Assembly (NCBI GenBank): GCA_000934665.2 | Contig: KZ538722.1 | Location: 1 to 51,793, forward strand | DNA: 51,793 bases | Source of the DNA: Catajapyx aquilonaris | Taxonomy: Eukaryota | Reading direction: 5' to 3' | Shown: positions 14,421 through 27,452 of the stretch, in pieces | Layout of the letters: every line of letters starts with the position of its first letter | Numbering within the stretch: position 1 is the first letter of the stretch | Program-made: the position numbers and the translations under genes | The notes under the pieces: generated by a model | The model's input: the letters and a program-made list of their open reading frames with translations, nothing else | Told to the model about the DNA's origin: nothing | Database searches by the model: none

Positions 14421-15574
14421 GGCTCTTGGCTGTCCTATTCTGTTAGCGATTTTTGTCACTAGCATCCTGCTGACTATTCGTCACTATCCAACTATTGCAT
14501 TATTTACTGCTTATAGTGTTAAAATGTAGACGACAACGTTCATTGCCAATAATAGCAATAACGACTGCCATCTTGTGATTAAACATGGTGGCACCCATAC
14601 CCACCCTCAGCTAATGACCATTAAGCGTATATTCTCATTGTTTTGAGTCCGTCCTTAATCATTATCTTAAAACTCCGTACGCACTAATAACGCACTTTAA
14701 CCCGCGCATAACCTCGCATCACCCCGTTCTGAAGCGCCATCTGATCCGCAGTTAGGCAAAATGTTAATTGTTGGCAGCACTTGTGTTTTCACTCCCCCTC
14801 CCCCCCTCTCCTGGCAGGGGCCGGAAGTAATCCCGTTTTAAAGAATCATTAGCGGCTTAATAGCCCTGCTAATTAGGAGCTGGAAGTGGTGAGGGATTAA
14901 AAGTTGTGGAAAAAGTTTCTAGCTTCTAACAATAAGGCGACTTTCCGCGCCTCTAGTGGCGGAATTTATAGCTCCAAACACTGTGAGCGCCATCTGTTAG
15001 TCGAACATCGAACATTCTTTTGTGATCTGACTTAATTGAAGCTCCCAACCACATGGGAATCATACGCACATGTAATTAGTTAGGGGGGATTGAAGCTTCA
15101 AAAAAAAAAAACATGTGGTTTCTGCAAACATGGCATATCCCTAGGCGCTTTTTTTTTTGAAAAAAAAAAGTTTCGCATTTCCTTTGACAACAGACCGTAA
15201 TTCCCTAATTTTCAGATTGGTTTCAGTTTGAGCCGGGCGCGAATTATTGGGTCCTGATGTGCTGGTAATTGCTGGACGTTACGTGCGGTGTCGAGCTGTG
15301 TCCAATCGTAGCCTTTGTAATAGCAGCTACTGACTTACAAAAGGGACGAAAAATCCACTGTGAGTGCCACTAATTTAGTTAAAGAACGAACTGTCTCTTG
15401 TAGGCCATTCACACGGCCCCTACTTTTCCCGAGAGAGCTTTAGAAGCGTGTTATTAATTAAGGAGATTTCTAAAGCTCGATTGGGTAAAAAGCGGTTATA
15501 CAACAGGGTTAGACAACGGTTAGACAATTATTAATTAGCGGCATCGTAGCTTAGTAAGATGGTAAGGAGACTGA

Positions 15575-15830
15575 AACGTTATTTTACAAAACGTTATTTT
15601 GTAACACGTTATTTTGTAAAACGCTGTTTATACAACGTTATTTTGTAAAAGTTATTTCTACGAAACATATAACAGCTATTTTACATACCGCTATTTTGCA
15701 ACATGTCATTTTGTCAACGTTAATTTGTAAGACGTTATTTCTACAAAGCATTATTTAGTTATTTTGTAAAATGTTATTTCCACAACGTTATTTTGTAAAG
15801 CGCTATTTTACAAATCGGTTCTTTATACAG
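15575..15830. repeat. ~15-bp minisatellite (AACGTTATTTTGTAA)
   Basis: Repeated aacgttattttgtaa-like units. Confidence 0.8.
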
Positions 15831-16859
15831 CGATACTTTTCATAAAAGCTCTTCCCTATCACGCTACTTTATTAGTTATTACTAACCTTCACCTTTCTCG
15901 AGTGCTGATGCCTGTGATTGGATACGTTGATCCAGAAATTTTTCTGTCCAGTGAAGCTTAACCGAAAGATTAATAAAGCCCACACACCGTTTTTTGATTG
16001 GCTGTTTTCCACTCTCCCATGCCTTCTCTTAATTTAATATATTCGCACCAGTGAATTTAAGAGCGCTCCTAGTGAGTGGGGTGGAAAAACCCCAAGACAG
16101 GGGGACGCAAGTGGCCATGATGAATAGGCGCCTCATGGGGTGGAAAGGGGAGGGGGGTGTCCCCCCAAAATGTCCACTTTCAACAGCTGGCAGCAAAAAG
16201 GGATTTAGAAAAGAAGCTGGACAAAAACCTAGAGAAGTTCTAGTTAACACTTAGATTGTTTTTCTTTTTTCGATTACAAACCGTCAAATTGCTACACTTC
16301 TTTTGAAAAATGGGGATGAATTCAGCGTCTTTTAAAACTCTTAAGAAGAATACGCCAGCTATGCTAGGAATATGGTACTACATGGGCAGTTTGCCATTCT
16401 TTTCAGATCTTTAAACTGAAAATTGAAAGGAGAATATCATGTGTGTAGATAAAACTTTTTTTTCCAATTTTTTGGCTGGAAGGTGGTCGATCCTGGAACA
16501 GCCCAGTTTGAGGAGCTGTTTGTCCGGAATGAATAGCTTCCTTCGACGTTTTTACTACTTTGCAAAAGGGGATATGAAACCCGGTTTTATGGACTCCCAA
16601 ACATGACCGGAGCCTGAGCTGCCGAAGATCAGAACCACCAGATATATTCTGTAGGGGATGGATAGCCGCGTTAGGTCGCTAGAAAATTGCAAGCTTGGAT
16701 CAAAATTTTGAATATTTTGGGGGAAAACATGGAAGTATTTTCTGTCTACAAAGTTACGAGGAATAAGTACGAGTGTTTAAACAATAAAACAGGATTTTGA
16801 TTATTTTCTGCTGGATTAAAAGTTGTCAATTTTTGCAAATTTTCCACTGAATAGTTTTT

Positions 16860-17240
16860 AATGGATTCTAACTGTTCTAACGTTTCTTACCGTTCTAACG
16901 GTTTCTAGCATTTTAACGATATCTGGTGGTTTTAACGGTTCTAACGGTTTATAACTGTTTTAACTGTTCTAACGATTTCTTACCGTTCTAACGGTTTCTA
17001 GCATTTTAACGGTATCTCGTGGTTTTAACGGTTTATAACTGTTTTACCTGTTATAACGCTTTCTTAACGTTCTAGCGTTTTCGAATTGCTCTAACGGTTC
17101 CTAACAGTTTACTATTCGAACTGTTTGTAACGGTTTCTAACTGTTTCTGTTTCTAACGGTTTTAAGATCTCTAATCTGTTAACTGTTTCTAGCAATTCGA
17201 ACTGGTTTTAACGGTTTTAATTGCTCTAACGATTGTTAAT
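16860..17240. repeat. Degenerate 9-10-bp minisatellite (CTAACGGTTT)
   Basis: Repeated ctaacggttt / taactgtt units, with an internal ~80-bp duplication. Confidence 0.8.
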
Positions 17241-20200
17241 GACTCCTTAAGATTTCTAGTATTCAGAGCATAGATCACTATCCATTTGAAAACCTATTCT
17301 TGGTTTTTACAATATCCTGGCTATTCCCCGTCTAATTAGATCAGGACACACTTTCTATTAAAAAATCCCCAACATGACCAAATAACGTCCACAACCACAC
17401 ACATTACCTTATATTAGCCCCGAAATGGAATCTAACAATCCCAGACTGTCGCACCAGGAGTGGTGGTCCCACAGCTCCAAAAAGACATTTGTCCTCTCGG
17501 TCCTAGCCAACCCAGGCCTAGCTAGAAACGTACGAATAAAACTTTTCCGCAAAGTAATTAAGCACAGGTCCACGTTTTCGGTCGAGGCGAGGGCTTAAAA
17601 CGCAGTATTAATTCGTCCGTACTTAACACCGGCGGGGATGAAAGTATTTGAGTCAGTTTCATAATTCAGACTCTTGGGCTTGGGCCGCTCATTAATTTAT
17701 CCGGACTATTTCGCAAGCCATGTGTAAACCTAGTTGGAGGGGGGCGGGGGCTATGGGGAGGGTTACCACGGAGGACTCGTCTTCAAGCACCTGTCCTGAT
17801 AGGCCAATTTTCCCGGGGAAAGTGTCCCCTTAATGGCGGGCTCCGCTCATTAGAGTCATCACACCTGGCCGGATAATTGCGTGTGCCATTCAGAAGAGGA
17901 GAGGCTTTTGTCTTTATTTTCTGGGAGGAAGGTTTTTCCGTCACTTTAATCCGGCTCTTCATACGGTGACGTAATGGACTTTGGGAGTAAGTACGGAGTA
18001 AGTTCTAAACTGGCAGGGATAATACAGGTTGAGAGATAATTATTTGTTAGGCATAAGCAAGAATGTGTGTAGAATCCGCAGATATATAAGAGTTGGCAGT
18101 GTGATGAAATGTTGGAAAAATCGATTAATCCATATGGAAAATGCAAAAATCGATTATTAATATTCATAAAGTCGATTGTGCAGTATCGATATTTATTTGT
18201 GAATTTTCTGCATTAATTTCAGGGGCGATGTGTTCAATTATCGTTTTTGATGTACGTTAAAATGTTGCAAAAATCGATAAATCCTTATAGAAATGCAATA
18301 AAAACGCTTATCGATACTCATGGTATTGATTAATAATTATGGAAATTGCAAAAAAAATGATTATCGATATTCATGGTGTCGATACTGTAGTATCGATATT
18401 GACTTCCGGTACCGGCATTAAATTTTCTATAGTTACTTCAAATCGATATATCATTTATCGAATATTTCTGTCCTTTCATTATTTAAATGTGCATATCATC
18501 AACAAGTAGAAACCGCCCACAGTGTTGCAAGATGCAGCACATTCAAATTGATCGTTGCAACATAAATAGTAAGCTCCACTTATAAGTAATAGTATCCACT
18601 TATATCCACTTATAAGTAATAAGTAATTTTACTGGACATTAGGGCTCTATTTAATCCATGAGAGGCCGTACTCGGTTCAGTCTCGTTCTCCTTTGTAAAT
18701 AATGTAGACCACTAGACCCCATACAGTCGCCATCTTGAATTAAGCAATGTTTGAAATGTGCTAGACGCAGGGGGCAATGGCCACTCGTAACCGGAAAAGG
18801 CCTTTCATATCAGCCCGTTTGCTTTTCGAATTTAAAGCAGGGGGGGGGGGGGGCAGAGCAATTGCTACATTAATGGAATGAACATTTTTAGAAGAAAAAA
18901 AACGCAGCCATTTTGTCACGCATAACCGCGTCACGTTGAAAAAACTTTTTAAAAACCTTCCAGTCAGTTAGCGTTAGTTTCATTAGTCCAATAGCGAGTG
19001 CCAATGTTGATTTTCAAAATTATTGGAAGCAAAGTCTCTCTACCTTCCCAAATATCATGAATTCATTTCAAATCCTCCCAAAAAACTGTTTTTTTTTTGC
19101 AGTTCTCAATGTGGCTAGAAATGAGGATATGAGCAGTGTGGTTTTAGTGCGGGGAAACGGCTCAGAATCCGGTTAGTATTCCGGAACAGTCTGAAAATGT
19201 TGATCGAGATTCGATTTTCCCTTCCCAGAACGCTCGTTAAAACCGATGCAAGTTTTTGGAGGTTGTCATCCGAATTTTTGTTGAATAAAAACAATGCTCG
19301 AAATACGTGTCATAAATTTTTTGCCCATTTTAAAACCTACATACATCTACAGTAATATTGACAGTAAAAAATTGACCAATTTTGATAAGTGTACTGCACC
19401 TGCCACACTTTCAAAATGGCCGCGCCCACGTGGTTAAGTCGCATCCATTTTTTTCCTGCTTCCGTGTCCCACATTTTGTTCCCTCCGAATATTGACACAG
19501 AGACAGTGCAATGGTGGCGAATCCCATCGCTCTTAGCCGAATTACCGAAGTGGAAAATTGACGTTAGAGCAGGGGACTAGAGAGAAGGACGCAGCGATCC
19601 GTCGCAGTCTTTGTCCCCCGGGATGTTAAAGCGGCGTTGCTGCTCGACCACAGCCATCATGTCCCAAGGGCAGAGTGGCTTCCAGTCCACCCCCCAACCT
19701 CCCACCCTCCCCCGCTTCCTGCAACGCTGACAATTTCAACCCGGATTTAGGAATGGACCTAGCACAGTCCTCCGGAAATTAGTTAGCACTGTAGCTTACT
19801 TATCATTATGGATAACTGCACTGGTCTTGAGGATGAGAAAACAAGGACCAAACGTCGAAGATTTATTACCAGATATCACTTATTTATCTAAACTGACCTT
19901 CCTTGTCACTATTATTTTAAAAGAGCCCATTTAACTAAATAGTGACAAAGAGGGTCAGGTTTCACATTAGCCTACACCACCTGACACTTGACGCTATATC
20001 CGGTTGTAAGAAAAGCCGCAACTCGTTTCCATACACACTGGGCCTGTCCGGTCTATTCAAAAAGGACTTGGGTCTGGCACAAAACCTCTGTTGACTTTTT
20101 TGTAGGGTTTGTCACACTGCGACTACCGCTTTTTCAAATAGGACTTGGCGACACCCACATGGCTCGCAATTTTTTCTTCGCTTCTTGAGAGGCAGAATAG

Positions 20201-23200
20201 TAAGCTAGGTTTTTTTTCTGGTTGTGTGTGTGTGTGTGAACTTTTTCTAGACTTGTTGACATGCGGGCCATTCCACTCTCCCAGACCATGTCCTGTTCGC
20301 ATAAAAGTCTCTTTTCATTTCCTGTCGTACTCCTGTCTAGCGTCGGGGACCCTCGCCAGGTCTCTATCTGCAAATTGCTGGGGTCTGGGCCTAGAGAGAG
20401 ATGATGGTGGTTTTTCGCCGACTCTGCAACCGAATACGTTATTTCTCGAGAGGACTTTGCAGTTGAGCCGGTTGCAACAAAGGTAATGTGGTATGGCTGG
20501 GTAGAACCACCACTGTAATACATAGCAGGAAATGTTGTCGGACAATATGACTATATCCACCACAAACTGTTGTCGGACAATATGACTATATCCTCCACAA
20601 CTGTATGGACACATGACCAACGAAATTTTCTAAGAAATTGTAACATATCACACTCTCCATGATTTCAATTTATGCAAAGGACCATTGTTGAAACTAATCT
20701 TTTCTTCGAAGGAAAGAAAAAGATTCTTCTTCTTTTCTTGAAGGAGCATAATGGAAGTGGTCCAGCCTAGTCCATTTTTCCAGCCTGAAAAGAAGTAGCT
20801 TGGTGAAGCTTAGCCTTCCGATTTTTCCACGGGGAAGCTGGTGGTGGTGGCTTTGGAACGATGGAAGCCCTGTCAGAGCTTATCTCGCCTCTAGCTATAC
20901 CCCCCTCGCGGACAAGGAAGGAAAACTGCCAAAAAAAAGACGAAGAAAGGAGCCAAGATCTGCCCAGTTTGCCTTTCTGAAAAGCCATGAACATTATTAT
21001 AGCAATTTCTGAAAATATTGGAAGGATTAAACTATACCTGGATTATTTGAGGGTCAAAGTTCACGCCTTGCTAATATTGTAATATTAAAAAACCATATTT
21101 GTTTTCAATTGTCAAGAATGCCTCATAATGTGAGAGAGGATCAGTTTGATTAAATATTTCATAGAAAATTCACATAGAAAATATTCTGGGTCAAATTGTG
21201 GCCCTAAGTGGTACATACAGTGGACCTTATAATATTAAAACAAAATTATGCAGTATAATGCCATTGAACAATATTAGAATATCAATCCCTCTTGAACATT
21301 GTCATACCAACTGCTCCTGAGTCCCTGGGTCAAAGGTTATGCGAAAGCAGGCAGATTCGACCCATTAGACTTCTGGAAGCGAGGGTAATACCGGTAATCA
21401 TTACACAGATGATAAGCCAGGCCCATTTTTGTGTATGACGGAAAGTACCTATATAACCTCCCGCTCTAACGAGTTGAAGACCCGCCATTTTTTTGTTGTA
21501 ACTGCTCGTGCAGATGACATTATCATTACCGGAAAAATTTTCATTTTCACATCTGCTTAAAGGAACGACCACGGGCTGTTACTATTCAGGAAGCGAATTA
21601 CCGTTTTTTTTCGTTTTTACTTTTTTTTGTGACAAGAGAAGGGCGGTGCTTAGGGAACCGAAATGTCTGATGGGCCCTTGTTGGTTTTGGGGCAGAATGC
21701 ACGTCGAGTGTAATTTTACGCTAGGTTTGCAACCAAGTTTTCCGGCCTGGGCTCAATTTGAAGTGGTGGCTGAGCAAAAGGACAAAAGTAGACTAATATT
21801 ACGTACGAGATGAGGAGAGAAAGAGAGCATTTCTGGTTACCAATTGTGGGAGAATGTACTTTAATGGGACATTGATTATTTCACCATTTATTTGATTATT
21901 GGGAAAAAATTATTTTTGTATCAATTTGTATCAATTTTGTACCAAATTTGTGCAAAGCATTTTGTATTAAATGTTTTAATTGTACGGAAAATTTTGTACA
22001 AATATGCCACTTTACAATCAGCACTCGAGCAAGGATAGGTTGCTAAGTTGTAGTACTGTACACTTTTTTTTAAACGAATACTTTAGAAGCACCCTACCTG
22101 TCACCATAGCCCTGTAGAACCCTCCCAGTTTTTTGTTCCTAAAAACCGGCCGTATATATTCTTCCTGAACCTCTCTCGAAATAAACACAAAGAAGCCCTT
22201 TCATTCCCCGGATTTTCACCCCATAAATTGCTGGACTTTTCTTTCGAAAAAAGGGGCTGTAAATTTGCGAAAGGACGATCGTTGTACTGTTCTTAAGAGC
22301 GGTGAATTATCTAGGGATAAATGTGCAATCCATGTAGTCTGAATTCCCCAGAAAAAATACTAGATTTTGTGTATTTTTTTCAGGTGCAGATCAAGCCAAC
22401 AGGAGATGGTCCAAAAGCAAGAGAAAATCAGGCATTTTCTATGAAAACTATGGGGATGCCTCCTATTCTCTTTCCATAGATACAGGGCACAGGCTGGAGT
22501 TGAAATGGTTGGAGAAGAGGAGTATGGGAGGGAAAGAGGAAAAAGTTGAATTTCATCAGAGTGTGTGTGGCCAGCTTTTATATTGATCGAGGGTGAGGTA
22601 GAAAAGCCTCACTTTTGTGGACCCCTTGCCATCTGAATGGTCTCAAAAAACCTGGTTAGTAACCGGTTGGAAAATAATTGTTGAAATGTAACGAACCACT
22701 GATATAGGTTGTAACCATATCATTTTTGTATAGGCAACAGAGTCACTAATTGCACAAATATTTTCTGTAAAAAATACATGTTTTACAATATTAAATTTGC
22801 ATACCTACTTTTACATAGAGCGTTACTGATGGTCCATACGACAATTTTGTCAATTTTATTCAAATTTTTTTCCATAAAATTTCTACTCCTTGTCTTGATT
22901 GTCTATCACACGTTAGCTCATACAACTATAATGTTCTGCCATCAAATGTCGATAGGCCTGGCGGCTATAGCTAAACACTTTCCACACACACTGGTTCGGG
23001 ACGCCATCTATTACCAAGCAGCCCGACATAGCTCCAGGGTATGATCGTCAATGAAACCTATTGTCGAGAGAGCCCCAGTTTTCAACGAAGCGACAAGGGG
23101 ATTGTTTTGCTCGTTGAAATTGTTAACAAGCACCTGCAATCAGTGCCTGAGGCTGAAAATGCTAGATCCAGTTTTATAAACGAGTTTTGAGGTCAGTTTG

Positions 23201-26200
23201 CAAAAAAAAAAAAAAAAATCTAAACATTATTGTGTGTGGCATTTTGGACTAATAAATAAGCATTTCCCTCGGGATGACACAGGGTTATGTAATTTAAGAG
23301 CGTTACTTTTAACCTGAGCTTTATTAGGTGAATTAAATATTCATTCGAAATGCTGGCTGCATTGTTATCGGCTTATGCAACAGAATTTTATGTTACAATT
23401 TTTTTTCCAGATGAAACAAAGGGAATGTGAAATGTATGAACAAACCTAACAATGAGAATATACGTTGGAAAAACTAATTTGAGGAAATATGAGAATAAAG
23501 TATTAATACAAAAGACAATAATGATACACCCATATAATTAAGCAAAAAATTTAACATTACAGTTACTCAGCTAAAACGTTGAATAAATAAGCAACAGAAA
23601 GTACGCCAGAGGTAAATTAAAACTGAAGCTAAAAAAGTAAGACCAACAAAGGAAGTACTTGCAATGTTAGTAAAAGGAACAAGCACACTGTACTATAAGG
23701 AGAAAATCTCAGAACTGAAAACAAACGAGACTGTAACATTCAGCCAAAAAAAATTCAAAGGTCTAAACCAAAAAAGGCTTAAAGTCCCAAATTTTGTGAA
23801 GTTTTGTGGATTAAATGACATTTTTTTTGCATTGCTCTAATATGGCGTTAAATATTTCCCGTTCAACTGCGAAGGCGACAGTTTTGTGCGGTTAACTGGC
23901 GGATTATTTTGTCCCAACTAGTGGACCATGTCCGCTTCGAGCATTGTCCCGGTAACTAATTCAACAGCCACCAAAATCCACAGGTTCGCTGAATATTCAA
24001 TCAAAATAGCTCTTACTTTAAGCTTTCAAAAAAAAATATCCAGCAGATTTTTTTTTTNNNNNNNNNNNNNNNNNNNNNNNNNNNNNNNNNNNNNNNNNNN
24101 NNNNNNNNNNNNNNNNNNNNNNNNNNNNNNNNNNNNGGGGGGGCAAGCCTGGGGCCTACACGGGACTGGATAGTGGGGTATGCACTATTTTTGCAGGATG
24201 GATGGACTCGGATGGCAAAAATGTCCTCAGGCTTTACAGGAAATTATATCGTGTTGTGGGCTCCACGGTTAAATCAACGATCGGTTTATAATGTCAATGG
24301 GTCAAGTATATAATATGCTGGATGGTAATAAATTGGACTAAATATTGTAAATAATCAGCACTCTAGCAAGGTTACGGATATGATCAGCAAGATGACCAGA
24401 AAAATGATCAGCAAATTGACAAAAAATCTCACTGACTTTTCAATTGAAATGAAAATAATATTCAAAAGCGTCTGGCAGAAGTTCAAATACTTCACTGAAT
24501 TAATTAGTAACTACTGTTACAACATGTAAGTTTGGTGAACTTTACATCCTAGAGAACACTGTGAATTTCACTTAACTTCACACACTTCATATACTGCACT
24601 GTACTAGACTAATTTGCCGATACAGTTTCACCTCACACTTGACTACATACAGTTCCAACCAAGGCACCGTCTGAATTACTGGCCCCTCTAGAACCCACCT
24701 ATTTGGAACTAAAACTATTACCTCCTAGTACCTGGGGGATCATACCGAGTAATAATTATCGCACAGAGACGCTTCTCTCGGTCCATACATCAGGCCAAAA
24801 CGCACAAAGCATTGCATCGAGTAGAGAGAGAAGGTTACAAAGCGATTGCAACTGTAATTTTGGAGAGTTGGAAGGGGAAGGAGGAGGTATAGTGGGGGGA
24901 GGAGGAAGATGGGGGGTAGTGTGTATTGAATAGGAAAAGCAATTTGGAGCATTGTCTCTGAGCAAAGAGGCGAGGGAATCTGCACAAAGGGCGATTGGGA
25001 GTCCATTGTGAGCTCGATGCCCAGGACAAACAAGCCATGCTCTATCGTCGTGTCAGATATAGTTTTTGAACTATATTTTTTGGAATGGATTTAAAATAGC
25101 CAATGGAAGAGTTGCGCTTTGAACTAAGGGACAATTTGTAACTTCTGCTAAATATTGCAAGACATCTGCACTGTAAACAAACAGAAGCCATCTAAACAAC
25201 AGAATTTAGTAAAGTTGAGTTCTACAAGAATGAAAAACATAAGCCTAGATCCGAATCTTGAAAAAGAGTCACATTTGGTTACAATTCCATGAACATTATT
25301 ATGACTGCCACTTTCTTCCCCTCCAAAAAAGGCACGTTTGAAATTCGGATTATAATAATCTCCCTATTGTTTGCGTCTGGTGCTTTTCCTCCCAGTCTCT
25401 GTCGTCTCTTCCACAGCAACACTCTTTTATTCGTTTCTTCAACAACAAAAAAAGTTCTAAGAACTGCATCAGAATTGCTAATATGGTATCAGGTTAAGTC
25501 TGTAGAGAATCCGCATAGAAAGTGACTGCAACTTTCCTACTTTATTTTTTTTTTGGAAGTGTATAATAAGTATATATGAAAATGTGCTCTGATTTCACAT
25601 GGCGGCCATCTTGGTTTGGTTTGTCCTATTCCCGGTAGAGGGGAAAATTCAAACTGATTTTTTTTGCTTCAAAATTAAAAGTGTACTTAGTTCCTAATTA
25701 TGGAAATGAACTAACCACTGCATTTAGAGGCTTTTAATTGAATGTTGGATATAGTACGAGGACTGGGGGGTGGAAAAGTGGTCCATAAATTAGTTGTAGT
25801 GCGGCGTAATGAGCGGATTTGAATGCTGACTACTTTTTTCTGGCATTTACAGCGAAATGTCATTAGGAGAAGCCACCATAGGGGGCAATCTGTGGTTGGA
25901 AGGATTTTGAAAAATGTGTTGTGTGTGTACTGTTGCTGTAGTAACAGCCATTTACGCCAACCGAAAATCCGAGTGTGATTTTGCCATTTCAGTCCAAATA
26001 TTTTCAATGAAAATTTCCAATAAAATATGTCGTAAATCGTTATAAATTGCTCTATTAATACAGTATTTAATTACTAAAAACTTCCCAAAATGAACAATGC
26101 CAAATCCATATATCTCCCCAACCAACCCCTTGCAAAATTACAACTCCGGTCAAGTACTTTTTCCTATATCTGATGTGAGCGCCCTCTAGCAAATACTTCA

Positions 26201-27452
26201 TGTGGCAAGCACGTCAACCTCATCAGGTCTAATTCCCGCTACAAAAAAAAGTAATGTTCCTGCCCAAAACATCTGCCACGTAACCCGGGCTTTCATTAGC
26301 AGAACTCTCACCAACTTGTCTCTAGAAATCCAATGAAAATTTTCCTCTCTCCATACCTTTGCTCTATATGCATGGGAATATTTTCAGACAAGTTGGCAGA
26401 TTATTTTTGCAAGCATGTGAGTCGTTATCAATAAGTTCTGGCCGCAATTTATCTGCTGGTTGATTGTGGGAACCCAAGGTCTTGCTTAAGTTTATTATCA
26501 AAGGGTGTGCTGTTGGTTATTGTTGTGATATTTGGTTGCAGTGTTGTGGCTACAGAATATTGTTGGTCTGCTTGTTGCTGCTAAAGTAAAGGTGAGCAAT
26601 ACTACGTTTTGTGCTGTACTTTAAGAAGTTTCGATCTAGTACTGTAGTTCGAAAGCGCTTTAACAGATGGTAGGAGTAGCCATTGGTAGATACAATTCAT
26701 AATGTAATTCTAGGATCAAACAAGCGTAACATAATGAACCTATTGGTGCCAAAATCGTGTGTAAAATGGATGCTTCATTTATTAGTAAATTAGTCCGGAA
26801 TATTATGCACAAGCTATGTTGTCCGATATGATAAATTCAGAACGAGTTATGCTATTGGTTCGAATATGAGGCTATCTGTAGCTGCCATAATGAATAACGA
26901 GGATCAGTGTCTTTTTGTATGAATTTACTATGGACCACTTTATTCTATTTAAATTATTTGTAACAATAGTTTTTAATAAACAATGTTCATAAATAATCTG
27001 TACATGTTTTGCATATATTTTATTAAATTTAAATAGATTTTAAATAAATTGGTCATAAATTAGATGCATTGGTAAAATTTAATTTTTGTAATGAATTTAA
27101 ATATTTTTTATGTTTAGATACATTTGAGCGACTGAATAATTTGTGATAAATTTAAATATTTTAATGTTTTAAATACATTTAATTACTTTTAATAATTTGT
27201 GATAAGTATCAATGCTTTGAAATAAATTTTAACAAATGTAAAAGTTTCAAAATCAGATTTATTAACTTTAATATATTTTTCAAATTCTTGTTCAATTTTA
27301 ATAATAAACATATTAGGGTTAATAGATTTTCAATCATTACGAACATGCTGCACTGCGGACATTGGGAGTGTACATCCTAACGAAGTAGATTGCTGCATAG
27401 TTGGAATTTAATTACTGCACTAACTAATCGTTTGCTTCTATTCGAAGTGGAA

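Noticed and set aside
20251..20482. Candidate exon (TTTTTCTAG| ... AAG|GTAATG) with an open frame
   Set aside because: The peptide is unrecognisable and no partner exons were found; it cannot be supported without RNA data.
22384..22480. Strong acceptor TTTTTTTCAG followed by purine-rich sequence
   Set aside because: No convincing donor or recognisable peptide in any frame.
27390..27452. N-terminal extension of the 1240-aa ORF
   Set aside because: It starts at TTG in AT-rich, intron-like sequence; the first ATG is at 27453.
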